Part shown: piece after piece, positions 12,004 through 25,134 of the stretch
Layout: every line of letters starts with the position of its first letter
How positions within the stretch are numbered: the stretch's first letter is position 1
From: Octopus vulgaris
Taxonomy: Eukaryota
Direction: 5' to 3'
Assembly: GCA_951406725.2 (NCBI GenBank)
Contig: OX597826.1
Location: forward strand, 19,778,001 to 19,842,000
DNA: 64,000 bases
The notes under the pieces: model-generated
What the model saw: only the letters and a program-made list of their open reading frames with translations
Database searches by the model: none
Told to the model about the DNA's origin: nothing
Program-made: the position numbers and the translations under genes

Positions 12004-15000
12004 ACTACTTCTTTTTATAAAATAAACACTGTTTCATTATGTTAATTTTCATTTTTACTTATTCAGTTAGCGAAATACCTTTTTACAACCTACATTATTA
12101 AAATTTTTAGTTTCAATGTATTTATGCCATTTTGATTTTTATAAAATGCATGTTATATTTGTTTGAATGTATTGGAAGTTAAGTAAGCAGAAATGTTTTT
12201 AAAATGCTATACATTTGCTAAAAGTGTATCAAACACGTATCAAGATGCCTGCTTCAAATATTATTTGTTGTTTCAAATTTCTCACGAAATATATCTTGCA
12301 TTCTGTATAAAACGAAGAACATATTTCAATTCTTGTTATACTAATCCAAGAAAGAAACTCAGTACGCCAGTTAAACGATGAAATGCTTTCACTTGGTGAA
12401 CGTACATCTTGCACAATAGATCTGTGAATCCCAAATCACCATTCGACGATTATCTGCGTGCCACAAGTCTGCATAACTAAGGATATTCTGTGGCTGTACG
12501 AAACAAATGGATACAGTGTTTCCTGCTTAAAAATAGCCATCAGCATTCCCGTCAGGTTGAAACACAATAATTGTTTAGTGGGCATAAACAGCTTAAACCA
12601 TTGGAAGCATGACTATTTTGTGGCGGAATCCTCATTTAAACTTCCAGAATCGCACCCCTATATTGTACTGCCAAAAACAAATTTGAGGAAGAAAATTTAT
12701 TCTTATAAAAAATACTATAAACTTGAAATTGGTAAAAAAACTCCTTATTTCAGGGAATTCTACAAGTTTTTCACGGAGACTTGTGGTCCACAGAATACAC
12801 TTTGGGAAACACTGGCCGAAATAGAAAAACTCCTAAAGTTTATTAAGTATTATACAAAAAAATGTTTAAATGTCAAAAAATAAACATAAAATTGATTTGG
12901 TGAAAACTAAAAGAACGAGAGGTGACAAACTACAGGAACGCTAAATCTACTGGACATTGTTCCTTTATTCCGAAAATTCTTGGACTCCGGTACAACCTGC
13001 ACCACACTGTTCACCTGTCGTTTCAAAGACGTTCTGAGGGGCGATATCTACAAATTCATTCGCCCAGTCAGTTGCCTGTGCATGAGAAAAAGGAACTTCC
13101 ATTTACTTAGGCTCGGAAATCTCCATTGTCTGTATTTCTAAATTCATCTGATGTCTTTGAACTCTCTAACCGCCTACAATTGTTCAACTATGTTTCGTAC
13201 GGCATCAAAAATATGTTTTTATTCACTTCAATCCTGTCTTAAGTAATCGTTTTCTGAGACGTCAATATTCTCAACTCTTCTTAGTTTCTGCACTCTTATA
13301 TCGACACTGCTAGAGCGGAAGTCGAATCGTTTGCAATACTGAACTCTCTGCAACGATTAATATTTCTGACTTCTAAAGGACCATGCCATCTTTACCCCTT
13401 CTAACGTCATCTTTATTAAACTAAAACCATCCCTGTACGTATCGGCTCATTCGACCATTGCCCAAACTGTTACCACTACATATCTACATACACTCGAAAA
13501 GAGCTGAACAAGCCGGCTGAAATCATCCTCTTAAGCAAAACACTTCACTTTTCTTAAACAGCCTTTATACTTACAAGTCCTCCAAGCATTTCACATGTAG
13601 CAGCGTTGCAGTAATACAAGCACAAAACATAGTATGTAACACCTGGAAAAAACATTAATCGCTACAAAATGGGTTGATATTAAGCACTACTGCAACTCCA
13701 ATGCAATCGCGATCGGAAAAGCAAGATATACCTTACTGAATCGCACAGACTGCAACTTTACCTGCTTCCACCAGTACACTCGATTCTTCTGTGCACTTGT
13801 GAAAAGGACCTTTTACAAAATTTGCAAAATCTTCCGACTTACTGCTCTTCAACCACTACTAGCTGTACTACTACCAGAAAGCTTTCATATCTGCTTGTAT
13901 TTCAATCTTCCCTTGCACACACTTAGCTCTCTCTCTCCCCTCTTTCGACCCTCGAAAACATGTATCAGTAAAACATGATTGTAATTTCAGTACTGGTTTC
14001 AACCAACCAAATTAAATTAGTACACTGTTTTATGTTATTGAGTATGCTTCCGTGTGAGTTTAATTGTTCCAAGCGTTAAGTGGAGAGGGATGAACAGAGG
14101 AAAGTCTTGGGTTAGCTTAGAGAGGATATACAGATAACTTGTTCGAAAAAAAGTGTACACTGTAAGAGTTGAAAAGGTAAAGGAAAAGAGATTGCTAGTT
14201 GTATCGTGTCGTACAAAAATGTGAATTTATCTAAAGCTTTATAGCAGGAATCAGCAAATGACCAGGGATGAAGTATTTCCTGTCCTTGACGCAATTTTGT
14301 CAAACTTATATGACCTAACATTTGCAATGGTTTTTGAATTTTGTGTTGTGTCCTTACGCAAGGAGGGTATGGTTTTGTCGATATGTATACATTATGTCTT
14401 TGTACTGCTGAAGAAGAATGGTTACAATAATTAAGAGAAAACTAACCTCACACACAGGTAAAAATTATCCCTTAGCTAGGGTCAGAACACCCAACGAGTC
14501 AGACAACCTCTTGCTATTGGCTTTATCCAGTCCGCACATTATCGCCACGATCTGACTTCAGGTCGTTCGGCAAATCCGTTTGTAATTCGTCTGTGATGTA
14601 AATACCATCTGGTCTTAACCCGTGCATCTTGAACACACGTAGAGTTCATTTTTTTCTCTCACGTGAATTTTTCGCTTTTTGCGATAGTTTTCCATTATTC
14701 TTCAGCACCCCCTCTCCTTCTTCATTGGCGCAAAGCAACATGATCAATACCTTCTTTCATTCGATCTTTTACCGAGGAGACGCAATTTTTTTCGGCCATG
14801 TTCGGATATGGGATGAGTGGTGTTCTGAAATATAAATTTCTGGGGTCTGCCGTTGTTACCGACTACGCCCCCTTGTTGTCAAACTCTTCAAATCAAAAAG
14901 TTCTCAGATGGTTCTTTCTGCCACTTACCGTTTGTCAAATTTTGAGAATTTTAGAAAATGCCTTTTCGGAATCGTATACGCCAGAAGTACCCTATTTTCC

Positions 15001-15176
15001 CACCAAGATAAATAGGGGACACACTTAAACATTACAAATTGGAACAATCCAAACAAAATGATTTTTCATCAAGTACAGACAGGTGAATCCAACGCTTCAA
15101 TGGAGTGAATCACGGAAGGATGTGAATTCAGAATTCCCATACATACATACATACATACATACATACATACATACAT

Positions 15177-15242
<66 letters not shown>

Positions 15243-15346
15243 TAATAGTAATGGTATGACAGCAAAAGAATGAATGAGACCTCGATATTATGTAAATAGC
15301 GGAATTTATATGTAATATAATATGTAACAATTATTCGGTTGCCATA

Positions 15347-15405
15347 ATAAAACTCCGAGTTTCGGATGTCAGGGCGGCAATCTGCTTCCGCTTCTCGTCA
15401 GTTAT
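15347..15405 (-). ncRNA. Hammerhead ribozyme motif
   Basis: Minus strand reads ataa CTGACGA g..catcc GAAAC tcgga GTT ttat. Stem II is imperfect. Confidence 0.65.
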
Positions 15406-15435
15406 CAAAGCAATCAAAAAAAAAAATTTGCCTTG

Positions 15436-15494
15436 ATAACTGACGAGATGCCGTAGCTGGTTTCTGCCCTGACATCCGAAACTCGGAGTCATAT
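15436..15494 (+). ncRNA. Hammerhead ribozyme motif
   Basis: ataa CTGACGA gatg...catc c GAAAC tcgga GTC atat. Near-palindromic stem III, weak stem I. Confidence 0.65.
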
Positions 15495-15535
15495 TATGGC
15501 AAACGAATAATTATAATAATTATCACATACTATAT

Positions 15536-15567
<32 letters not shown>

Positions 15568-15638
15568 TAAATTAGAGATAAAACCACTATTAGGCAAATC
15601 AAACAGTGAAAAACATAAGCCAATACATAAAATTAATT

Positions 15639-15698
<60 letters not shown>

Positions 15699-15912
15699 CA
15701 CCCTCCCTTTTATATAGAAGTATGAATATCCGAACATACTTACTATCGCAGCCACACACATATGTAAACGTATACCGCGCGTATATAGGTATACACACAC
15801 ACACACACACACACGTATATATACACACAAACATACACAAAGCTACATCTATACCTGCACGTATATAAAAATGTAGCTCCACGTTATTGAATATATACAG
15901 CCGTATATATTT

Positions 15913-15994
<82 letters not shown>

Positions 15995-15999
<5 letters not shown>

Positions 16000-17620
16000 A
16001 TTAAGATTCAGTTGAATAAGGCACTTATGTTGAGGCACCAAGTCAGTTTGGTATTATCCGCACAGCTCAAAGTAAGGTGAATAAAAAGCAAATAAGTAAC
16101 AAGGGTATCAAGGTATTAATGTAACATGGCCGTTTCATGTGGCTCCATTTAATCGAACAATGCAAGCATTACATCAATTTTGCAAAAATACAGATTTTCA
16201 ACAGACAGGATATTCTATTATAATTTTTAGAAAATATTTCGTCAGATATATATATCATCAATGGATAATATATCCGAAAAGGAAGCATCGAGCAGTAAAG
16301 TATTAAAGTAATAGAGTTAATATTATTGGGCATAGTGTGACCAATAGTTTCGCATCTACAAAGGCCTTAGCTTCGTGGACGTCAGACTCTAAAGCCGAGA
16401 GACTAATGTAACTCTTCACCTCCAGGAGGACGGAATCTGTTACAGTCATTTGGTCAATTGGTCATCAAAAAATAAATAGCCCGGGGTCAGTGAGGACAGG
16501 TTATCACCCTTATACCAATTATTTGAAGGCTGAGAGTGGGAGAACAAGGGATTTATCCCTTAGGCTGCTTTTGGATCGTAAAGACCCTTCCGGGCTTAAT
16601 CGGAGAACAGAAAATCCCAAGCTTGCAGCAGGTCGCATTTGAAGTAGCGCTTGAAATGGATGCAGGAATTATAAATTTCCTGGCGAGTATTCAGTGATCC
16701 AGGTTTCAGTGATTATGTATTCTTGCTCGCTCGGTTATGTAAGCTTGCATCGTACGCTCCCATCGATGTAGGGTCCCAGCCGCTCTAAGATTTTCCACTT
16801 GATATCTTATGGAGTCCCTTCATCTTTGAGACACCACATGTAGTTGGCCGGGAATGTGACAAATCGTCTTTTCCGGAATTCTGATGGAAGACCTGTGATT
16901 GTACTGGCGTCGCTTGAAGGCCGTCCCGGCTGACCCGATATATTTACAGGCTTGGATATAGGTTGCACTCACGTTTTTGGCGTATCTGCGGTTGGCTCTG
17001 GGCCTGGAGATGTTGTTTCCACCCGTGTTGCTGGAGCTGCCGTGAGTATTGTTATTATTACGAGGTGTGGGTCCGGTGATGTCGCTGTAGCTACTGTCGC
17101 TGTGGTTGTTGTAGTTGTGGTGGTCGTCCCTGGCCTTGGCCTTAGCGCTACTGTCGCCGATGGTGATGCGGGTGCCGTCGGTGATGTGGGTGTCGTCGTT
17201 GGTAACGTTAGGCGTGGGACCGACAATCTTGCTGGTGCTGCTGGTGTCGGCGTAGTTATCTCCGGTCGTAGTGCTGGTGCTGGGGTTGTTGGCGCCAGTG
17301 CTGGTGTTTTTGTAGCTGTCGCTTCTTCCCATACCGTCGATGTTGTTGGATGATCCGTTGCTGTTATTACTATGGTCGCTAGGCCTGGGTATCACCACAG
17401 CCTCATAGATGACTCCCTCGGCCTCGCAATAGCCTCTCACTGGACAGTCGTTGTACACCCTGCAAGAGCAACCGGTCTCTTCCCGCGTTTTATGAGTGCT
17501 AGCTAATATACTTTTCATGTTGGGTGCACAACTAAAGGAGACCCTTAGGTTGTGCCTATTGAACAAACGACTATATCCGTGTGTTTGCATGAAGTGTTTG
17601 TCTACTAACATTAAAGGTGT
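15995..17620 (-). mobile_element. 5'-truncated Penelope-like element (Naiad-like): linker, GIY-YIG endonuclease and 3' UTR
   Basis: LVDKHF..RLFNRHNLRVSFSCAPNM, CSC..CPVRGYC, GVIYEA, KYIGSAGTAFKRRQYNH. After a frameshift near 16870: YMWCLK..IKWKIL..PY..RCKL..LNTRQEIYNSCIH. 3' side ends at (GA)n/(TA)n. Confidence 0.85.
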
Positions 17621-17639
17621 TGACAGCATCGATCCAGGA

Positions 17640-18360
17640 CATTCATTCTCCTCCGCCTCCAGCACGTTGTTTCTCGTGGATGTAGCTGACAAAACCGATA
17701 CGGGATAGCCAGACCCTGTAGCACTGAGGACACTGAAACTGATCCCAGTTGCAGGGGGTTGATGATGACGTCTCCTCTCTTCATGCAATCTATCGCGTTC
17801 ACTTTCAAAGCGCTCTAATCCAGCATCACACACGGACCATCCCATTAACTTCTTAGACCTTAAACCGATTGGAAGGTACACCGCCATGGAAATGAAATTT
17901 TGGACGTCCATGAGGCCTACTTCTAGTCTTGATCTCGCTGAAAAGGGCCATCTGTGGGAGCCTGTTACCCGGCATCCGAATCACGTGGCCAACCTAGCAG
18001 AGAAGATGACGAAGGATGCAGGCTTCAACGCTGTAGATCCCAGCCCTCAGAAAGATTTCGGTATGAGGCGCATTGTCCTTCCACGCGCAAACAAGGATAC
18101 TTTGGAGTAATCTGATATGAAACGCTTGTCTGATCTGGCACCGATAAAAAGTCCTGCACTCAGACCCATACAGGAGGGTGGATACGCAAACAGCTCGATA
18201 AACGGAGATTCTTGTGCTTGCTTCATGGTTCTTGTTCCGAAAGACTCGTTCACCGAGTCTCCCGAAAGATGCAGAGACCAAATTGATCCGCTGAAGCATC
18301 TCCTCATCACAGAGTCCACTGTTAGAGATCCTGCTTCCAAGATAGCAAAATAAGTTCATC
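17640..18360 (-). mobile_element. RTE-clade LINE 3' fragment
   Basis: FCYLGS, ASFGRL..RVF, STRISVYRAVCVSTLLYGSE, AFHIRLL.SIL, and an RTE-type C-terminus. Confidence 0.85.
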
Positions 18361-18454
18361 TGCGACAGAGGAGCATTGTCAGTAAGGACAGGCTTAGTGA
18401 GAAGTGGGTACGGGAAGGCTGATTAGAAAACTTCAGTTTTTTCGTTGATTCACA

Positions 18455-18461
<7 letters not shown>

Positions 18462-18544
<83 letters not shown>
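18462..18544. repeat. (TG)n microsatellite
   Basis: Read directly. Confidence 0.95.
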
Positions 18545-18547
<3 letters not shown>

Positions 18548-18859
18548 AACAAAACAAAAAATGAAACAAGAATGTAACAGGCGACAACAAAGCATCCGGA
18601 CAGTTAGAGGATACAAAAATGGATAGGTAAAAACAAGGACAGGTCATTCGGAGCTTTCTAATTTCAGTCAGACGTTTTGTTGTCGCCTGCAACGTTCTTG
18701 TTCCATTTTTTTTTATATAGCGGCATAGTATACTTTTGGTCTCATATATATACATATGTAACAAATGGGTCTGAACTGCTAGGATCTCTCACCACCACCA
18801 TATAGCTTGAAGTGAAATTGAATTGTAAATCTGTGAACTTGTGAAGTATCTTATGTCAC

Positions 18860-18956
18860 CTGAGGAAGCTTTTTTGCCCTGTGCGTTGCATTCGGTCTTA
18901 TTACATCGTTTCACGCCCACCAGGCACCAGTGCAGTATGAAGCCGAAACGATTGTA
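18860..18956 (+). ncRNA. Degenerate hammerhead motif
   Basis: CTGAGGA agctt...aagcc GAAAC gatt GTA. Stem I does not pair. Confidence 0.45.
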
Positions 18957-19113
18957 CTAATAAATGCTTCTAGTTACACTCCGTCTTCCGTATTAATACA
19001 CACACAAACATACACATATTCATGTCAGGATAGTTTATTTCAAAGAAATTTCAACACATAAAGGTAAGAATTACCTCTCTCTACCAAAGACATAATTTTC
19101 TCTGTTACACTCG

Positions 19114-19498
19114 TTATAACATCTCAAAATAGTTAACTTTCTTGACGCCAACAATCTTCTATTTTCAAACCTTATAAAAAAAAGGGTGGGGAGAATGAAA
19201 AATTCCAATATACACATAGACTCTTCAACCATCTGCAAAGCATCGTTGTATACATTATGAAGAGTACCTCACTCATACTTTCTTCTTCATCATATAATGA
19301 ATTGACGTGCAGTGAAATAACTTGTCTGTACAACAAAACACCAGCGGTTTCAGAGAAATGTCCCAATACATAAATATTAATACATCCATAATAAACAAGA
19401 AGCATACAAACAAGAAAAGAAAAATTAATTGATTTTATACCCAATTTACCTACAAGTAAATAATCTCCCTACTATCAACTAACATCTGGCTGTCCAGG
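19114..19498 (+). repeat. 385-bp segment with a near-identical inverted copy at 26182-26566
   Basis: ORF-track peptides 19172-19444(-) and 26236-26508(+) differ by one residue. About 2 nucleotide mismatches seen. Confidence 0.95.
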
Positions 19499-19664
19499 AC
19501 ACTTTGCAGGATTATGAACTACCATTGGTCGGATTTTGTATTCAACCAACGACTCTACTCAGACTATAATATCCGCAATGAGAATATTTGACTGCATTTC
19601 ACAAGTGTCACCTATATATAGTAATGAAGTTCCTTGTAAACATACCTTGTTTCAGGTTTAGATA

Positions 19665-20257
19665 CGAGGGGGTACCCAAAAGAAACCAGAATTTTGAAAT
19701 ATTATTTTATCGACTTAGCTTTACATGTTTACACTTTTATCGCCTTCAAAGTATTCTCCATTTGAAGCAATGCATCGATCCAGACACGTTTTCCGCTGTT
19801 AGAAGCAGTCCTGGAACTGGTGCGAAGTGATGCCTTTTAACGCCTCTGTCGTTTTTTTCTTCACCTCTTCCACGTCTGCAAAATGTTTTCTTTTAAGGAC
19901 TTTTTTGTTTCTGGGGAACAGAAAAAAGTCGCAGGGAGCAAGATCGGGCGAATAGGGAGGATGAGTAAGCAGAGTCATGTCCATTTTGGCAAAAACTGTC
20001 TCACTTAAGGCGGAGTGCGCAAGCGCATTGTCGTGATGAAGCCACCACTCTCCCCTTTGTCACATGTCGGGGCGTTTTCTACTCACTGCATCTCGGAAAC
20101 GCTACAGAACTGCCAAGTAAAATATCTGATTAGCAGTTTGACCAGGAGGAACAAATTCTGTGTGGACAATTCTTTTCGCATGACAATTGTTTTAGCCGAC
20201 GTTTTCCCCAGCAGGAAACAGAATTTCACGGAAGCACGCTGTTCTTTCGTTTCAGCT
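19665..20257 (-). mobile_element. Mariner fragment, internally deleted
   Basis: TA followed by cgagggggtacccaaaa TIR. HPPYSPDLAPCDFFLFP. N-terminal EQRASVKFCFLLGKT. Confidence 0.85.
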
Positions 20258-20344
20258 ATATATATATATATTTTACAAATTGTGAGCAGACGAAAAACAG
20301 ACTGAATCATACCGACACTAGATTTTGGCGAGATATACAATATC

Positions 20345-23200
20345 TTATGTTTTTATGCTGATAAAGCCAATAAGAGGGGTCTTGAAGCCGGTATATATGC
20401 CATTATGAAGACCACCAAAAACAACCGTAAGACTATAAGCGAGTTTAAAAGGCGGCTTGATGATAATGACAGGCATCAAGAGGGCAGTTTGAATATGATG
20501 ATGGCCAATGTCCGTGGTTGCAAACAATTTTGGTCTAGAAAATGTTCAGACTTGATGGCCATGGACGAAAAAATTTGGCCCGGCCCACTTGTTCCTAACT
20601 TTGTTTTGTGCAGAACACTTTGGCCAGATCTGCGTGAATTTCTGGAAAAGTTGAACGTGAACATACCAAACGTTGCTACAAAGCGCACCAACGAGCTGTG
20701 TGCTGATGACGTAGAGGCTGTTGACGTGAGCATTTTCACCATCGACTTGCCACCTTTATGAGAGAGATCGTTATACACAAAAACAGTCCTTTCGGTCTGG
20801 TCGATCACTTCTTTTGGAGATTGGAATACCACAAGTTTACATAAAATCGTGGATGGCTCGATTATGGACAGAGACGACAAGAGCACGATTCAAACTTTTA
20901 TACAGTTTATGATCGTTTGTCGTAGTGGATCCTGCAGAAAACAGATTTACTCAAACAGTCCATTTTACTCTCGATGCAGATTTGGATTTCAACATCCCGT
21001 TGGAAATTTCCATTTGCTTAGTGTAGACGAGAGTATAAAGTCTCAGCACAAAGGCAGGACTGTCAAGAAACTTTACAAAGTTGACAGACGACAGGGGGAA
21101 GAGTTCATTAATGACTATAACCCTCTTGTTCTGTATGTCTGAAAGGCGAATGTCGATATACAGTACATCGGTGAAGATAGCATGGTTCTAAACCGATATA
21201 TTACTAGTTATCAGACAAAGTTCAAAAAGAGTGACACTGGAGGCATTTTGGCTGAGATGATAAATCCAAGTCCATTTATTCAAAGTATAAGAGTGTCGGA
21301 CTTCAGTTGATGGGAAAGCGAGAAACAGGTGCTCATGAAGCTGCTGATAAACTGCTTGACCACCATTTCTGTGGATGTTCTAAAAGCATTATTTGGACTG
21401 GAGCGGGCTTGCCCAGTTATCGATCACATAGGTTCAGACTTCAGTATGAACTGAACCAATTGGAGCCGGAGTCCAGCTGTTTTTATTAGAACATGGTGGA
21501 AAATTTGTATCCAAACAGACCCAATTCTATGGAGCACATGAGTTTGTATACGATTGCGAGTAAATACTAACGCGTCCCTCCAAAGCCAGAAATGCTAATG
21601 AAGAAATGCGGTTGAGAAATAATCTTGGCTTTTCCGTTCTGTCAAAGAGCGAATTGTAAAGTCGCCAAACATTATATAGACTGCGGATACTTGGGAGCGT
21701 TATTACCACAACCTGCTCATGCTCTTCAAGCCTCGGCGTGATCAGGAAAAAGACTTGCTTGGAGGTTGCAAGACTTATCAGGAGTCCTTTGATCAGTGTG
21801 CCAATGATTTATCTAAAGTGGTCAGGTTTCAAAATGTGCGCAAACGTATAGAGGATGCTTTGGAACCTGGAAAAAAATTCTAAGTGAATCTCAGACTGAT
21901 CTCAATGATAATTATTCTCGTGGTGATCATATGAAGGCTTTGGCAGATGAAGATGTTGATGCCAATTTGCTTCGCACGAGATATGTTACTGAGGATGCAG
22001 TGAATCATAAAGAATGTCAACTGAATGACGAGCAAAGAAAACTTTATGATGTTATTGTGACCGGAATTGAGAAACAAAACAATTACTGGGACAACAACAA
22101 ACCTTATTCGTGATGTCATTTTGATGACTGTGCACAAGTTTTGAAATTTGTTTCTGGTGTTCGTGACATGGCAAAAGTTTTTTGATAAATTCAGTACATG
22201 TACCCAAATGATAATGGCCCGAGTGTAGTGATATCAGCACCAACAGGAAAGGCCGCTTTCCTACTAAACGGAACTATTGTTCATCGATTGCTAAAACTCA
22301 AAGTGCAGCACGGCAAAACTCCTGTGTATGAGGAACTATCGAAAGACAATCTAAAACTGCTGCGAACGATGCTTCAGTAAGTGAGGCTGATTATAATCGA
22401 TGAGGTTAGTATGGTCAGTCACTTGCAGCTGGCATTTTATTTACTTGAGATTGTGTCAACTGTTTGAATCTACACAACAGAGTTCGCCGTTCGGACACAT
22501 AAACGTGGTTGTCTTTGGTGATTTGTTTTAATAACCACCTGCTAGAGAAAAACTGGTATTTAAAAGAATTGGTCACCACGCTACCCACAGAGCGTGCTTA
22601 AGCATTAAGAGTCACCACTTGTGGAGAGTCTTTGACTATGACGAGTCGACAGATGTTGACATGCGTCAGAAATACGACATGGAGAATTATGCTGACGTAC
22701 TCAGCCGAATCAGATTGGGTTCACCGCTTGACTTCTGACATTCAAATTCTTAACAAGCATAGAACTGAACCCAACGGTAAAGCTTCTCTCGAACAGGTTG
22801 CTTACAAAATGTGTGAGTTGACTCAGACAACTGATTTGAGGATCGTTTGTATTATGCCTCTGAATGAGTCGGTTTCAGAGTTTAACAACGTTATGCTTGA
22901 TAAACTTGGTATCATTACTGTCGAGATTACGGCTGTTGATTCCAGCATGCGGCAGACCAGAAAATTAAAAGCAAGAAGTTGACCACCAAGGCGAAAAAGA
23001 TGTTTGATACTGCTGGACTTGAAACCGTCCTTAGAGTTGGCGTCAATGCTAGAATAATGCTTAAGCACAACAATGGCGTGGACAGTGGTTTGTGCAACGG
23101 TGCGATGGGAAGTGTCAAGAGACTCAACTACGAATTTGGAAGGATTACTTCCATTGAGATTCTCTTTGATAGTTTAAACAAAGTCTTTTCCATCAAAACT
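20345..23200 (+). mobile_element. Decayed Helitron/Helentron-type Rep-PIF1 helicase gene
   Basis: NVRGCKQFW..DLMAM, INDYNP...ANVDIQYIG..RYITSY, RETGAHEAA, LLMLFKP, LNDEQR, GKSFLI, APTGKAAFLLNG, LIIIDEVSMV, VVFGDL, ARIMLKHN..GLCNGAMG. Many stops and frameshifts. Confidence 0.85.
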
Positions 23201-23330
23201 GGTGATAACTTGCGACGGGGAAAATTACAGTAAGGTTCATGTGATAAGATAAGTTCATATACGATATGGAGAAAAGTAATCTAGGGTTTAAGAATTTAGT
23301 CTTAATAAGAGAGTAAAAGAAGAGTCAATC
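23198..23330 (+). repeat. ~130-bp direct repeat, second copy at 24720-24850
   Basis: actggtgataacttgcgacgggg...gagagtaaaagaagag in both places, with scattered mismatches. Confidence 0.9.
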
Positions 23331-24091
23331 CAGGAGACAGTAGCCTTAGAACGGTTCTTCACGGAGTAGAAGATTCGTTTAGTACTTCAGAGAGGAGTCT
23401 CAGGTAGTGAATTTTAGACATCTTCAAAAAATCCTTTGACGGCACCGCTGTTAGTTGGGTCTTTTCGAGGATTGTGCAGAGTTCCAAAACCATCCTAACT
23501 GCATTCGTTAAGTTCTTGCGTATATTACCGATTTCTGAGCTTGTGTTAAACAGCCAGTTCACGTATAGTATGAATCAATTGAACTTGTTATGAAAGTCGA
23601 CTGACCGCCTTCATTTAGTAAGGAAGACTGGCTATTTTTCTATCTTTTTTTTTTTGCATGTGTGTGTGTCTAATTTCTATGGAAAAGGAAAATGCTGAAT
23701 GCTGAAAGACATGGGAATAGCATTTTGCCTCTCTTTACCATTTCTCAACTTCTTTAAATTGACAACGAGAGAAGGGTGAGGGTGAAGATAAAGACGTTGT
23801 TGTCTAATTGGAATTTACGATATTATTTTGGCCAACCTAATTATCCATCAAGCGGCAGTTACCTTTAGGTAGTCATTGATTTCGAAGGATTAAAGTCATC
23901 TGGGGCTTCTACTGGGTATCCTGAATTACCCTAGATAGTTTTCACTACATTTGGAGAAATTTTCTTGCTAACATTTTATTTTTATAGATTTCGTCTTCAT
24001 TTTATTTTCGTGATCGATAAAGTAAGTAGTAATCATGTCCGTGGTTGCTTATGGTGATTTGCTTTAATAACCATCTGTTAGAGAAAAAACA

Positions 24092-25134
24092 TGTGTAATT
24101 ATTGTTCTTGAGGTCAGTGAACTTGTGCCGTTTTGCAAAGAGCTCAGGGTATGTTTTAAATTATGAAATGTAAAATAGATTATACGGAAAGGGAAAAGCG
24201 TGTGCTATGAGTATATTTACTGAAACTCAGGCAAGCAAGCTAGCATTCGAATTGGAGTAGTAGAAGAGCAAATCATATCTTACAATCGAAAATTTAACGA
24301 TAGCTCTTCCTCCTCTACCATTCGGTATTCGAAGTTGTCGTGAGTCATGGATGCTCACAAATGCTCACACAGCGTGCTTTAGGAGCCACCACTTGTGGAG
24401 ATTCTTTGACTACGACTGCTCCTCCCTGAACATATTCCTGTTGGAAACTATTATTGTTTCTATGATATAAGAATAGCAGAATTGGTTGAGTGTAGTATCA
24501 TATTTAAATTGGAGAGGTCTATTATTTTGATTCTTTTCGTTTCACTGTCGATGAAATAAGTACCAGTCAGTTACCAATGTCATTTTCATTTACATTATCA
24601 CAGGAGAATGTGAAATGTGCTCTTGTGACATTGTTAGATGTCGATATTCTTTTCAAACACGTGAAATACATTTAGTAGCCCTGTTTAATGGTAGAAGACC
24701 GAAATTTTATTCCAAGGGGACTGGTGATAACTTGCGACGGGGAAATTTATAGTAAGGTTCATGTGATACGATAAGTTCATATACGGTATGGAGAGAAGTA
24801 ATCTAGGGTTTAAGGATTTAGTCTTTAAGAGAGTAAAAGAAGAGCCAGTCTTGGCTCTTCTCACCGCAGTATACGACATGACTCATAACGACTTCGAATA
24901 CCGAATGGTAGAGGAGGAAGAGCTATCGTTAAATTTTCGATTGTAAGATATGATTTGCTCTTCTACTACTCCAATTCGAATGCTAGCTTGCTTGCCTGAG
25001 TTTCAGTAAATATACTCATAGCACACGCTTTTCCCTTTCCGTATAATCTATTTTACATTTCATAATTTAAAACATACCTTGAGCTCTTTGCAAAACGGCA
25101 CAAGTTCACTGACCTCAAGAACAATAATTACACA
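24092..25134. repeat. 258-bp near-identical inverted repeat (24092-24349 / 24877-25134)
   Basis: tgtgtaattattgttcttgagg...gaagttgtcgtgagtcatg versus its reverse complement, about 3 mismatches. Confidence 0.95.

Larger units (their letters stand above)
15310..15540. repeat. Fold-back palindrome with a hammerhead in each arm (PLE pLTR family B)
   Basis: Arms ~15310-15414 and 15428-15540 around a poly-A spacer. Flanked by (CA)n and (TA)n. Homologous to 30300-30872. Confidence 0.85.

Noticed and set aside
10700-15050. Possible host exons or old hAT/LTR remnants
   Set aside because: Only short ORFs and weak motif hints (e.g. cactttgggaaacactg at ~12800). Nothing supportable by eye.
16120-16250. 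Hammerhead in the 3' UTR of the Naiad-like element
   Set aside because: CTGACGA and GAAAC ggcc are present, but the cleavage triplet and stem II do not fit.
16952-17353. Hydrophobic V/A/G-rich 133-aa ORF on the plus strand
   Set aside because: Antisense shadow of the low-complexity insert in the GIY-YIG domain.
16640-17620. Selenocysteine recoding, reported for some Naiad PLEs
   Set aside because: The conserved Cys positions I could read use TGC/TGT. The TGA ending the listed ORF is out of frame after a frameshift. No SECIS identified.
19172-19444. Duplicated 90-aa hydrophobic 'gene' (also 26236-26508)
   Set aside because: Non-ATG start and no recognisable motif. The identity simply reflects the recent inverted duplication.
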